Positions 1 to 12,927 of a stretch of DNA of 64,000 bases are shown here, one piece after another. The notes beneath the pieces were generated by a model. The model was not told where the DNA came from and ran no database searches. It worked only from the letters and a program-made list of their open reading frames with translations. Source of the stretch: the human T2T-CHM13v2.0 reference genome, Homo sapiens. The translations under genes were made by a program, and so were the position numbers. The number at the start of each line of letters is the position of its first letter. Within the stretch, counting starts at the first letter, position 1. Where the stretch lies: NCBI RefSeq assembly GCF_009914755.1, contig NC_060938.1. One strand, given 5' to 3'.

Positions 1-300
1 TCGCAGATTCTACAAAAAGAGTGTTTCAAAACTGCTCTGTAAAAAGAAAGGTTCAACTCTGTTAGTTGAGTACACACATCACAAACAAGTTTCACACAAT
101 GCTTCTTTCTAGCTTGTAGGGGAAGATATTCCCTTTATCACCATGGGCCTCAAACCGTCCGATAAGTCCACTTCCATATACTACAAAAAGAGCGTTTCAA
201 ACCTGCTCTATGAAAGGCAATGTTCAACTCTGTGACTTGAATGCAGACGTCGCAGAGCAGTTTCTGAGAATGCTTCTGTCTAGATTTTATAGGAAGATAT

Positions 301-317
301 TCCCGTTTCCAACGAAA
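301..317 (-). promoter_or_regulatory. CENP-B box 1 of the HOR (recurs every unit)
   Basis: tcccgtttccaacgaaa is the reverse complement of TTTCGTTGGAAACGGGA and matches the core NTTCGNNNNANNCGGGN. Confidence 0.97.
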
Positions 318-642
318 TCTTCACAGCTATCCAAATATCCACTTGCAGATTCTACAAAAAGAGTGTATCAAAACTGCTCTGTCAAAAGGAAGGTTCTTTT
401 CTGTTAGGTGAGTGCATACGTCATAAAGGAGTTTCTGAGAATGTTTCTGTCTAGTGGTTATGGGAAGATATTTGCTTTTTCACCGTAGGCCTCAGAGCGC
501 TCCAAATATCCCCTTGCACATACTACAAAAAGAGTGCCTCAAAGCTGCTCTCTGAAACGGAATGTTCAACTCTATGAGTTGAATGCAAACATCGCAAAGA
601 CGTTTCTGAGAATGCTTCTGTCTAGATTTGATATGAAGATAT

Positions 643-659
643 TCCCGTTTCCAACGAAA
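643..659 (-). promoter_or_regulatory. CENP-B box 2 of the HOR
   Basis: Exact 17-mer, 342 bp after box 1. Confidence 0.97.
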
Positions 660-980
660 TCTTCAAATCTATCCAAATGTCCACTTGCAGATTCAACAAA
701 AAGTGTTTTTCAGAACTGCTCTATCAAAAGAAAGATCCACCTCTGTTAGCTGAGTTCACACATCACAAACAAGTTTATGAGAATGCTTCTGTCTAGTTTT
801 TATTTGAAGATATTTCCTTTCTCACCATAGAGCTGAAAGCTGTCCTAATGTTCACTTCCAGATACTACAGAAAGAGTGTTTCAAAACTGCTGTACGAAAG
901 GGAATGTTCAACTCTGTGACTTGAATGCACACATCACAAAGAAGTTTCTGAGGATGCTGCTGTCTACTTTTTATACGTAA

Positions 981-997
981 TCCCGTTTCCAACGAAA
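981..997 (-). promoter_or_regulatory. CENP-B box 3 of the HOR (next to a 4-bp-shorter flank)
   Basis: Exact 17-mer, 338 bp after box 2. The flank is ttttatacgtaa instead of ttttatatgaagatat. Confidence 0.97.
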
Positions 998-1150
998 TCC
1001 TCCAAGCTATCCAAATATCCACTTGCAGATTCCACAGAAAGACTGTTTCAAAACTGCTCTGTCAATAGAAAGGTTCAACTCTGTTAGCTGCATGCATATA
1101 TCCCAAAGAAGATTCTGAGATTGCTTCTGTCTAGTTTTTATGGGAAGATA

Positions 1151-1168
1151 TTTCCCTTTTCACCGTAG
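1151..1168 (+). other. pJalpha-like (A-box) motif in the monomers that alternate with CENP-B-box monomers (example)
   Basis: tttcccttttcaccgtag sits at the position homologous to the CENP-B box. Related variants occur near 128-146, 471-487 and 813-830. It resembles the TTCCTTTTYCACCRTAG A-box consensus. Confidence 0.75.
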
Positions 1169-1322
1169 GCGTCAAGGCGCTCCAAATGTCCACTTCCAGA
1201 TACTACAAAAAGAGTGTTTCAAACCTACTCTGTGAAAGGGAATATTCAACTCTGTGACTTGAATGCACATATCACAAAGAAGTTTCTGAGAATGCTTCTG
1301 TCGAGATTTTATATGAAGATAT

Positions 1323-1339
1323 TCCCGTTTCCAACGAAA
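1323..1339 (-). promoter_or_regulatory. CENP-B box 4 of the HOR
   Basis: Exact 17-mer, 342 bp after box 3. The next box 1 is at 1665 (+342). Confidence 0.97.
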
Positions 1340-2937
1340 TGCTGAAATCTATCCAAATATCCCCTCGCAGATTCTACAAAAAGAGTGTTTCAAAACTGCT
1401 CTGTGAAAAGAAAGGTTCAACTCTGTTAGTTGAGTACACACATCACAAACAAGTTTCACAGAATGCTTCTTTCTAGCTTGTAGGGGAAGATATTCCCTTT
1501 ATCACCATGGGCCTCCAACCGTCCGAAACATCCACTTCCATATACTACAAAAAGAGCGTTTCAAACCTGCTCTATGAAAGGCAATGTTCAACTCTGTGAC
1601 TTGAATGCAGACATCACAGAGCAGTTTCTGAGAATGCTTCTGTCTAGATTTTATAGGAAGATATTCCCGTTTCCAACGAAATCTTCACAGCTATCCAAAT
1701 ATCCACTTGCAGATTCTACAAAAAGAGTGTATCAAAACTGCTCTGTCAAAAGGAAGGTTCTTCTCTGTTAGGTGAGTGCATACGTCATAAAGGAGTTTCT
1801 GAGAATGTTTCTGTCTAGTGGTTATGGGAAGATATTTGCTTTTTCACCGTAGGCCTCAGAGCGCTCCAAATATCCACTTGCACATACTACAAAAAGAGTG
1901 CTTCAAAGCTGCTCTCTGAAACGGAATGTTCAACTCTATGAGTTGAATGCAAACATCACAAAGACGTTTCTGAGAATGCTTCTGTCTAGATTTGATATGA
2001 AGATATTCCCGTTTCCAACGAAATCTTCAAATCTATCCAAATGTCCACTTGTAGATTCAACAAAAAGTGTTTTTCAGAACTGCTCTATCAAAAGAAAGAT
2101 CCACCTCTGTTAGCTGAGTTCACACATCACAAACAAGTTTATGAGAATGCTTCTGTCTAGTTTTTATTTGAAGATATTTCCTTTCTCACCATAGAGCTGA
2201 AAGCTGTCCTAATGTTCACTTCCAGATACTACAGAAAGAGTGTTTCAAAACTGCTGTACGAAAGGGAATGTTCAACTCTGTGACTTGAATGCACACATCA
2301 CAAAGAAGTTTCTGAGGATGCTGCTGTCTACTTTTTATACGTAATCCCGTTTCCAACGAAATCCTCCAAGCTATCCAAATATCCACTTGCAGATTCCACA
2401 GAAAGACTGTTTCAAAACTGCTCTGTCAATAGAAAGGTTCAACTCTGTTAGCTGCATGCATATATCCCAAAGAAGATTCTGAGATTGCTTCTGTCTAGTT
2501 TTTATGGGAAGATATTTCCCTTTTCACCGTAGGCGTCAAGGCGCTCCAAATGTCCACTTCCAGATACTACAAAAAGAGTGTTTCAAACCTACTCTGTGAA
2601 AGGGAATATTCAACTCTGTGACTTGAATGCACATATCACAAGGAAGTTTCTGAGAATGCTTCTGTCGAGATTTTATATGAAGATATTCCCGTTTCCAACG
2701 AAATCCTGAAATCTATCCAAATATCCCCTTGCAGATTCTACAAAAAGAGTGTTTCAAAACTGCTCTGTAAAAAGAAAGGTTCAACTCTGTTAGTTGAGTA
2801 CACACATCACAAACAAGTTTCACACAATGCTTCTTTCTAGCTTGTAGGGGAAGATATTCCCTTTATCACCATGGGCCTCAAACCGTCCGATAAGTCCACT
2901 TCCATATACTACAAAAAGAGCGTTTCAAACCTGCTCT

Positions 2938-4639
2938 ATGAAAGGCAATGTTCAACTCTGTGACTTGAATGCAGACATCACAGAGCAGTTTCTGAGAATG
3001 CTTCTGTCTAGATTTTATAGGAAGATATTCCCGTTTCCAACGAAATCTTCACAGCTATCCAAATATCCACTTGCAGATTCTACAAAAAGAGTGTATCAAA
3101 ACTGCTCTGTCAAAAGGAAGGTTCTTTTCTGTTAGGTGAGTGCATACGTCATAAAGGAGTTTCTGAGAATGTTTCTTTCTAGTGGTTATGGGAAGATATT
3201 TGCTTTTTCACCGTAGGCCTCAGAGCGCTCCAAATATCCACTTGCACATACTACAAAAAGAGTGCCTCAAAGCTGCTCTCTGAAACGGAATGTTCAACTC
3301 TATGAGTTGAATGCAAACATCGCAAAGACGTTTCTGAGAATGCTTCTGTCTAGATTTGATATGAAGATATTCCCGTTTCCAACGAAATCTTCAAATCTAT
3401 CCAAATGTCCACTTGCAGATTCAACAAAAAGTGTTTTTCAGAACTGCTCTATCAAAAGAAAGATCCACCTCTGTTAGCTGAGTTCACACATCACAAACAA
3501 GTTTATGAGAATGCTTCTGTCTAGTTTTTATTTGAAGATATTTCCTTTCTCACCATAGAGCTGAAAGCTGTCCTAATGTTCACTTCCAGATACTACAGAA
3601 AGAGTGTTTCAAAACTGCTGTACGAAAGGGAATGTTCAACTCTGTGACTTGAATGCACACATCACAAAGAAGTTTCTGAGGATGCTGCTGTCTACTTTTT
3701 ATACGTAATCCCGTTTCCAACGAAATCCTCCAAGCTATCCAAATATTCACTTGCAGATTCCACAGAAAGACTGTTTCAAAACTGCTCTGTCAATAGAAAG
3801 GTTCAACTCTGTTAGCTGCATGCATATATCCCAAAGAAGATTCTGAGATTGCTTCTGTCTAGTTTTTATGGGAAGATATTTCCCTCTTCACCGTAGGTGT
3901 CAAGGCGCTCCAAATGTCCACTTCCAGATACTACAAAAAGAGTGTTTCAAACCTACTCTGTGAAAGGGAATATTCAACTCTGTGACTTGAATGCACACAT
4001 CACAAAGAAGTTTCTGAGGATGCTGCTGTCTACTTTTTATACGTAATCCCGTTTCCAACGAAATCCTCCAAGCTATCCAAATATCCACTTGCAGATTCCA
4101 CAGAAAGACTGTTTCAAAACTGCTCTGTCAATAGAAAGGTTCAACTCTGTTAGCTGCATGCATATATCCCAAAGAAGATTCTGAGATTGCTTCTGTCTAG
4201 TTTTTATGGGAAGATATTTCCCTTTTCACCGTAGGCGTCAAGGCGCTCCAAATGTCCACTTCCAGATACTACAAAAAGAGTGTTTCAAACCTACTCTGTG
4301 AAAGGGAATATTCAACTCTGTGACTTGAATGCACATAACACAAGGAAGTTTCTGAGAATGCTTCTGTCGAGATTTTATATGAAGATATTCCCGTTTCCAA
4401 CGAAATCCTGAAATCTATCCAAATATCCCCTTGCAGATTCTACAAAAAGAGTGTTTCAAAACTGCTCTGTAAAAAGAAAGGTTCAACTCTGTTAGTTGAG
4501 TACACACATCACAAACAAGTTTCACAGAATGCTTCTTTCTAGCTTGTAGGGGAAGATATTCCCTTTATCACCATGGGCCTCAAACCGTCCGAAAAGTCCA
4601 CTTCCATATACTACAAAAAGAGCGTTTCAAACCTGCTCT
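2938..4639 (-). repeat. 10-mer HOR structural variant (1702 bp): tandem duplication of a 338-bp dimer (~3660-3997 / 3998-4335)
   Basis: ORF spacing 3262->4964 is 1702 = 1364+338. The box-3 context tatacgtaatcccg occurs twice (boxes at 3709 and 4047). Confidence 0.95.
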
Positions 4640-6003
4640 ATGAAAGGCAATGTTCAACTCTGTGACTTGAATGCAGACATCACAGAGTAGTTTCTGAGAA
4701 TGCTTCTGTCTAGATTTTATAGGAAGATATCCCCGTTTCCAACGAAATCTTCACAGCTATCCAAATATCCACTTGCAGATTCTACAAAAAGAGTGTATCA
4801 AAACTGCTCTGTCAAAAGGAAGGTTCTTTTCTGTTAGGTGAGTGCATACGTCATAAAGGAGTTTCTGAGAATGTTTCTGTCTAGTGGTTATGGGAAGATA
4901 TTTGCTTTTTCACCGTAGGCCTCAGAGCGCTCCAAATATCCACTTGCACATACTACAAAAAGAGTGCCTCAAAGCTGCTCTCTGAAACGGAATGTTCAAC
5001 TCTATGAGTTGAATGCAAACATCGCAAAGACGTTTCTGAGAATGCTTCTGTCTAGATTTGATATGAAGATATTCCCGTTTCCAACGAAATCTTCAAATCT
5101 ATCCAAATGTCCACTTGCAGATTCAACAAAAAGTGTTTTTCAGAACTGCTCTATCAAAAGAAAGATCCACCTCTGTTAGCTGAGTTCACACATCACAAAC
5201 AACTTTATGAGAATGCTTCTGTCTAGTTTTTATTTGAAGATATTTCCTTTCTCACCATAGAGCTGAAAGCTGTCCTAATGTTCACTTCCAGATACTACAG
5301 AAAGAGTGTTTCAAAACTGCTGTACGAAAGGGAATGTTCAACTCTGTGACTTGAATGCACACATCACAAAGAAGTTTCTGAGGATGCTGCTGTCTACTTT
5401 TTATACGTAATCCCGTTTCCAACGAAATCCTCCAAGCTATCCAAATATCCACTTGCAGATTCCACAGAAAGACTGTTTCAAAACTGCTCTGTCAATAGAA
5501 AGGTTCAACTCTGTTAGCTGCATGCATATATCCCAAAGAAGATTCTGAGATTGCTTCTGTCTAGTTTTTATGGGAAGATATTTCCCTTTTCACCGTAGGC
5601 GTCAAGGCGCTCCAAATGTCCACTTCCAGATACTACAAAAAGAGTGTTTCAAACCTACTCTGTGAAAGGGAATATTCAACTCTGTGACTTGAATGCACAT
5701 ATCACAAGGAAGTTTCTGAGAATGCTTCTGTCGAGATTTTATATGAAGATATTCCCGTTTCCAACGAAATCCTGAAATCTATCCAAATATCCCCTTGCAG
5801 ATTCTACAAAAAGAGTGTTTCAAAACTGCTCTGTAAAAAGAAAGGTTCAACTCTGTTAGTTGAGTACACACATCACAAACAAGTTTCACACAATGCTTCT
5901 TTCTAGCTTGTAGGGGAAGATATTCCCTTTATCACCATGGGCCTCAAACCGTCCGATAAGTCCACTTCCATATACTACAAAAAGAGCGTTTCAAACCTGC
6001 TCT

Positions 6004-7705
6004 ATGAAAGGCAATGTTCAACTCTGTGACTTGAATGCAGACATCGCAGAGCAGTTTCTGAGAATGCTTCTGTCTAGATTTTATAGGAAGATATTCCCGT
6101 TTCCAACGAAATCTTCACAGCTATCCAAATATCCACTTGCAGATTCTACAAAAAGAGTGTATCAAAACTGCTCTGTCAAAAGGAAGGTTCTTTTCTGTTA
6201 GGTGAGTGCATACGTCATAAAGGAGTTTCTGAGAATGTTTCTGTCTAGTGGTTATGGGAAGATATTTGCTTTTTCACCGTAGGCCTCAGAGCGCTCCAAA
6301 TATCCACTTGCACATACTACAAAAAGAGTGCCTCAAAGCTGCTCTCTGAAACGGAATGTTCAACTCTATGAGTTGAATGCAAACATCGCAAAGACGTTTC
6401 TGAGAATGCTTCTGTCTAGATTTGATATGAAGATATTCCCGTTTCCAACGAAATCTTCAAATCTATCCAAATGTCCACTTGCAGATTCAACAAAAAGTGT
6501 TTTTCAGAACTGCTCTATCAAAAGAAAGATCCACCTCTGTTAGCTGAGTTCACACATCACAAACAAGTTTATGAGAATGCTTCTGTCTAGTTTTTATTTG
6601 AAGATATTTCCTTTCTCACCATAGAGCTGAAAGCTGTCCTAATGTTCACTTCCAGATACTACAGAAAGAGTGTTTCAAAACTGCTGTACGAAAGGGAATG
6701 TTCAACTCTGTGACTTGAATGCACACATCACAAAGAAGTTTCTGAGGATGCTGCTGTCTACTTTTTATACGTAATCCCGTTTCCAACGAAATCCTCCAAG
6801 CTATCCAAATATCCACTTGCAGATTCCACAGAAAGACTGTTTCAAAACTGCTCTGTCAATAGAAAGGTTCAACTCTGTTAGCTGCATGCATATATCCCAA
6901 AGAAGATTCTGAGATTGCTTCTGTCTAGTTTTTATGGGAAGATATTTCCCTCTTCACCGTAGGTGTCAAGGCGCTCCAAATGTCCACTTCCAGATACTAC
7001 AAAAAGAGTGTTTCAAACCTACTCTGTGAAAGGGAATATTCAACTCTGTGACTTGAATGCACACATCACAAAGAAGTTTCTGAGGATGCTGCTGTCTACT
7101 TTTTATACGTAATCCCGTTTCCAACGAAATCCTCCAACCTATCCAAATATCCACTTGCAGATTCCACAGAAAGACTGTTTCAAAACTGCTCTGTCAATAG
7201 AAAGGTTCAACTCTGTTAGCTGCATGCATATATCCCAAAGAAGATTCTGAGATTGCTTCTGTCTAGTTTTTATGGGAAGATATTTCCCTTTTCACCGTAG
7301 GCGTCAAGGCGCTCCAAATGTCCACTTCCAGATACTACAAAAAGAGTGTTTCAAACCTACTCTGTGAAAGGGAATATTCAACTCTGTGACTTGAATGCAC
7401 ATAACACAAGGAAGTTTCTGAGAATGCTTCTGTCGAGATTTTATATGAAGATATTCCCGTTTCCAACGAAATCCTGAAATCTATCCAAATATCCCCTTGC
7501 AGATTCTACAAAAAGAGTGTTTCAAAACTGCTCTGTAAAAAGAAAGGTTCAACTCTGTTAGTTGAGTACACACATCACAAACAAGTTTCACACAATGCTT
7601 CTTTCTAGCTTGTAGGGGAAGATATTCCCTTTATCACCATGGGCCTCAAACCGTCCGAAAAGTCCACTTCCATATACTACAAAAAGAGCGTTTCAAACCT
7701 GCTCT
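6004..7705 (-). repeat. 10-mer HOR structural variant (1702 bp); duplicated dimer ~6726-7063 / 7064-7401
   Basis: ORF spacing 6004->7706 is 1702. The junction-spanning minus-strand ORF is at 6966-7154. Confidence 0.95.
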
Positions 7706-8818
7706 ATGAAAGGCAATGTTCAACTCTGTGACTTGAATGCAGACATCACAGAGCAGTTTCTGAGAATGCTTCTGTCTAGATTTTATAGGAAGATATTCCC
7801 GTTTCCAACGAAATCTTCACAGCTATCCAAATATCCACTTGCAGATTCTACAAAAAGAGTGTATCAAAACTGCTCTGTCAAAAGGAAGGTTCTTTTCTGT
7901 TAGGTGAGTGCATACGTCATAAAGGAGTTTCTGAGAATGTTTCTGTCTAGTGGTTATGGGAAGATATTTGCTTTTTCACCGTAGGCCTCAGAGCGCTCCA
8001 AATATCCACTTGCACATACTACAAAAAGAGTGCCTCAAAGCTGCTCTCTGAAACGGAATGTTCAACTCTATGAGTTGAATGCAAACATCGCAAAGACGTT
8101 TCTGAGAATGCTTCTGTCTAGATTTGATATGAAGATATTCCCGTTTCCAACGAAATCTTCAAATCTATCCAAATGTCCACTTGCAGATTCAACAAAAAGT
8201 GTTTTTCAGAACTGCTCTATCAAAAGAAAGATCCACCTCTGTTAGCTGAGTTCACACATCACAAACAAGTTTATGAGAATGCTTCTGTCTAGTTTTTATT
8301 TGAAGATATTTCCTTTCTCACCATAGAGCTGAAAGCTGTCCTAATGTTCACTTCCAGATACTACAGAAAGAGTGTTTCAAAACTGCTGTACGAAAGGGAA
8401 TGTTCAACTCTGTGACTTGAATGCACACATCACAAAGAAGTTTCTGAGGATGCTGCTGTCTACTTTTTATACGTAATCCCGTTTCCAACGAAATCCTCCA
8501 AGCTATCCAAATATCCACTTGCAGATTCCACAGAAAGACTGTTTCAAAACTGCTCTGTCAATAGAAAGGTTCAACTCTGTTAGCTGCGTGCATATATCCC
8601 AAAGAAGATTCTGAGATTGCTTCTGTCTAGTTTTTATGGGAAGATATTTCCCTTTTCACCGTAGGTGTCAAGGCGCTCCAAATGTCCACTTCCAGATACT
8701 ACAAAAAGAGTGTTTCAAACCTACTCTGTGAAAGGGAATATTCAACTCTGTGACTTGAATGCACATATCACAAAGAAGTTTCTGAGAATGCTTCTGTCGA
8801 GATTTTATATGAAGATAT

Positions 8819-8835
8819 TCCCGTTCCCAACGAAA
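8819..8835 (-). promoter_or_regulatory. Variant CENP-B box (core A10>G; predicted non-binding)
   Basis: tcccgttcccaacgaaa = TTTCGTTGGGAACGGGA; T>C at 8826. Confidence 0.85.
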
Positions 8836-9502
8836 TCCTGAAATCTATCCAAATATCCCCTCGCAGATTCTACAAAAAGAGTGTTTCAAAACTGCTCTGT
8901 GAAAAGAAAGGTTCAACTCTGTTAGTTGAGTACACACATCACAAACAAGTTTCACAGAATGCTTCTTTCTAGCTTGTAGGGGAAGATATTCCCTTTATCA
9001 CCATGGGCCTCCAACCGTCCGAAACATCCACTTCCATATACTACAAAAAGAGCGTTTCAAACCTGCTCTATGAAAGGCAATGTTCAACTCTGTGACTTGA
9101 ATGCAGACATCACAGAGCAGTTTCTGAGAATGCTTCTGTCTAGATTTTATAGGAAGATATTCCCGTTTCCAACGAAATCTTCACAGCTATCCAAATATCC
9201 ACTTGCAGATTCTACAAAAAGAGTGTATCAAAACTGCTCTGTCAAAAGGAAGGTTCTTCTCTGTTAGGTGAGTGCATACGTCATAAAGGAGTTTCTGAGA
9301 ATGTTTCTGTCTAGTGGTTATGGGAAGATATTTGCTTTTTCACCGTAGGCCTCAGAGCGCTCCAAATATCCACTTGCACATACTACAAAAAGAGTGCTTC
9401 AAAGCTGCTCTCTGAAACGGAATGTTCAACTCTATGAGTTGAATGCAAACATCACAAAGACGTTTCTGAGAATGCTTCTGTCTAGATTTGATATGAAGAT
9501 AT

Positions 9503-9519
9503 TCCCTTTTCCAACGAAA
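9503..9519 (-). promoter_or_regulatory. Variant CENP-B box (core C13>A, loses a CpG; predicted non-binding)
   Basis: tcccttttccaacgaaa = TTTCGTTGGAAAAGGGA; G>T at 9507. Confidence 0.85.
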
Positions 9520-12500
9520 TCTTCAAATCTATGCAAATGTCCACTTGTAGATTCAACAAAAAGTGTTTTTCAGAACTGCTCTATCAAAAGAAAGATCCAC
9601 CTCTGTTAGCTGAGTTCACACATCACAAACAACTTTATGAGAATGCTTCTGTCTAGTTTTTATTTGAAGATATTTCCTTTCTCACCATAGAGCTGAAAGC
9701 TGTCCTAATGTTCACTTCCAGATACTACAGAAAGAGTGTTTCAAAACTGCTGTACGAAAGGGAATGTTCAACTCTGTGACTTGAATGCACACATCACAAA
9801 GAAGTTTCTGAGGATGCTGCTGTCTACTTTTTATACGTAATCCCGTTTCCAACGAAATCCTCCAAGCTATCCAAATATCCACTTGCAGATTCCACAGAAA
9901 GACTGTTTCAAAACTGCTCTGTCAATAGAAAGGTTCAACTCTGTTAGCTGCATGCATATATCCCAAAGAAGATTCTGAGATTGCTTCTGTCTAGTTTTTA
10001 TGGGAAGATATTTCCCTTTTCACCGTAGGCGTCAAGGCGCTCCAAATGTCCACTTCCAGATACTACAAAAAGAGTGTTTCAAACCTACTCTGTGAAAGGG
10101 AATATTCAACTCTGTGACTTGAATGCACATATCACAAGGAAGTTTCTGAGAATGCTTCTGTCGAGATTTTATATGAAGATATTCCCGTTTCCAACGAAAT
10201 CCTGAAATCTATCCAAATATCCCCTTGCAGATTCTACAAAAAGAGTGTTTCAAAACTGCTCTGTAAAAAGAAAGGTTCAACTCTGTTAGTTGAGTACACA
10301 CATCACAAACAAGTTTCACACAATGCTTCTTTCTAGCTTGTAGGGGAAGATATTCCCTTTATCACCATGGGCCTCCAACCGTCCGAAACATCCACTTCCA
10401 TATACTACAAAAAGAGCGTTTCAAACCTGCTCTATGAAAGGCAATGTTCAACTCTGTGACTTGAATGCAGACATCACAGAGCAGTTTCTGAGAATGCTTC
10501 TGTCTAGATTTTATAGGAAGATATTCCCGTTTCCAACGAAATCTTCACAGCTATCCAAATATCCACTTGCAGATTCTACCAAAAGAGTGTATGAAAACTG
10601 CTCTGTCAAAAGGAAGGTTCTTCTCTGTTAGGTGAGTGCATACGTCATAAAGGAGTTTCTGAGAATGTTTCTGTCTAGTGGTTATGGGAAGATATTTGCT
10701 TTTTCACCGTAGGCCTCAGAGCGCTCCAAATATCCACTTGCACATACTACAAAAAGAGTGCTTCAAAGCTGCTCTCTGAAACGGAATGTTCAACTCTATG
10801 AGTTGAATGCAAACATCACAAAGACGTTTCTGAGAATGCTTCTGTCTAGATTTGATATGAAGATATTCCCGTTTCCAACGAAATCTTCAAATCTATCCAA
10901 ATGTCCACTTGCAGATTCAACAAAAAGTGTTTTTCAGAACTGCTCTATCAAAAGAAAGATCCACCTCTGTTAGCTGAGTTCACACATCACAAACAAGTTT
11001 ATGAGAATGCTTCTGTCTAGTTTTTATTTGAAGATATTTCCTTTCTCACCATAGAGCTGAAAGCTGTCCTAATGTTCACTTCCAGATACTACAGAAAGAG
11101 TGTTTCAAAACTGCTGTACGAAAGGGAATGTTCAACTCTGTGACTTGAATGCACACATCACAAAGAAGTTTCTGAGGATGCTGCTGTCTACTTTTTATAC
11201 GTAATCCCGTTTCCAACGAAATCCTCCAAGCTATCCAAATATCCACTTGCAGATTCCACAGAAAGACTGTTTCAAAACTGCTCTGTCAATAGAAAGGTTC
11301 AACTCTGTTAGCTGCATGCATATATCCCAAAGAAGATTCTGAGATTGCTTCTGTCTAGTTTTTATGGGAAGATATTTCCCTTTTCACCGTAGGCGTCAAG
11401 GCGCTCCAAATGTCCACTTCCAGATACTACAAAAAGAGTGTTTCAAACCTACTCTGTGAAAGGGAATATTCAACTCTGTGACTTGAATGCACATATCACA
11501 AGGAAGTTTCTGAGAATGCTTCTGTCGAGATTTTATATGAAGATATTCCCGTTTCCAACGAAATCCTGAAATCTATCCAAATATCCCCTTGCAGATTCTA
11601 CAAAAAGAGTGTTTCAAAACTGCTCTGTAAAAAGAAAGGTTCAACTCTGTTAGTTGAGTACACACATCACAAACAAGTTTCACACAATGCTTCTTTCTAG
11701 CTTGTAGGGGAAGATATTCCCTTTATCACCATGGGCCTCAAACCGTCCGATAAGTCCACTTCCATATACTACAAAAAGAGCGTTTCAAACCTGCTCTATG
11801 AAAGGCAATGTTCAACTCTGTGACTTGAATGCAGACATCACAGAGCAGTTTCTGAGAATGCTTCTGTCTAGATTTTATAGGAAGATATTCCCGTTTCCAA
11901 CGAAATCTTCACAGCTATCCAAATATCCACTTGCAGATTCTACAAAAAGAGTGTATCAAAACTGCTCTGTCAAAAGGAAGGTTCTTTTCTGTTAGGTGAG
12001 TGCATACGTCATAAAGGAGTTTCTGAGAATGTTTCTGTCTAGTGGTTATGGGAAGATATTTGCTTTTTCACCGTAGGCCTCAGAGCGCTCCAAATATCCA
12101 CTTGCACATACTACAAAAAGAGTGCCTCAAAGCTGCTCTCTGAAACGGAATGTTCAACTCTATGAGTTGAATGCAAACATCGCAAAGACGTTTCTGAGAA
12201 TGCTTCTGTCTAGATTTGATATGAAGATATTCCCGTTTCCAACGAAATCTTCAAATCTATCCAAATGTCCACTTGCAGATTCAACAAAAAGTGTTTTTCA
12301 GAACTGCTCTATCAAAAGAAAGATCCACCTCTGTTAGCTGAGTTCACACATCACAAACAAGTTTATGAGAATGCTTCTGTCTAGTTTTTATTTGAAGATA
12401 TTTCCTTTCTCACCATAGAGCTGAAAGCTGTCCTAATGTTCACTTCCAGATACTACAGAAAGAGTGTTTCAAAACTGCTGTACGAAAGGGAATGTTCAAC

Positions 12501-12910
12501 TCTGTGACTTGAATGCACACATCACAAAGAAGTTTCTGAGGATGCTGCTGTCTACTTTTTATACGTAATCCCGTTTCCAACGAAATCCTCCAAGCTATCC
12601 AAATATCCACTTGCAGATTCCACAGAAAGACTGTTTCAAAACTGCTCTGTCAATAGAAAGGTTCAACTCTGTTAGCTGCGTGCATATATCCCAAAGAAGA
12701 TTCTGAGATTGCTTCTGTCTAGTTTTTATGGGAAGATATTTCCCTTTTCACCGTAGGTGTCAAGGCGCTCCAAATGTCCACTTCCAGATACTACAAAAAG
12801 AGTGTTTCAAACCTACTCTGTGAAAGGGAATATTCAACTCTGTGACTTGAATGCACATATCACAAAGAAGTTTCTGAGAATGCTTCTGTCGAGATTTTAT
12901 ATGAAGATAT

Positions 12911-12927
12911 TCCCGTTCCCAACGAAA
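12911..12927 (-). promoter_or_regulatory. Variant CENP-B box (core A10>G)
   Basis: tcccgttcccaacgaaa; T>C at 12918. Confidence 0.85.

Larger units (their letters stand above)
210..1573 (-). repeat. Representative canonical 8-mer HOR unit (1364 bp; arbitrary phase). SF2 dimeric type, most likely the chr14/chr22 D14Z9/D22Z1 (S2C14/22H1L) HOR
   Basis: Seen: four B-box/A-box dimers per unit, XbaI sites at 279 and 621, and a TaqI site at 1301 (XbaI-TaqI distance 680 bp). Recalled knowledge: the chr14/22 alphoid subfamily is an SF2 8-mer historically called alphaXT(680). The chromosome assignment is not verified by alignment, and chr14 cannot be told from chr22 here. Confidence 0.7.

Noticed and set aside
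495-1096. Short palindromes (gagcgctc, tctaga, tacgta, tgcatgca) as possible cruciform/dyad signals
   Set aside because: They are only 6-8 bp long and expected by chance. No long inverted repeat was seen, and a structural role cannot be supported without folding or non-B DNA data.
4731-4747. Variant CENP-B box ccccgtttccaacgaaa
   Set aside because: The change falls at position 17 of the box, outside the nine essential positions, so it is not counted as disrupted.
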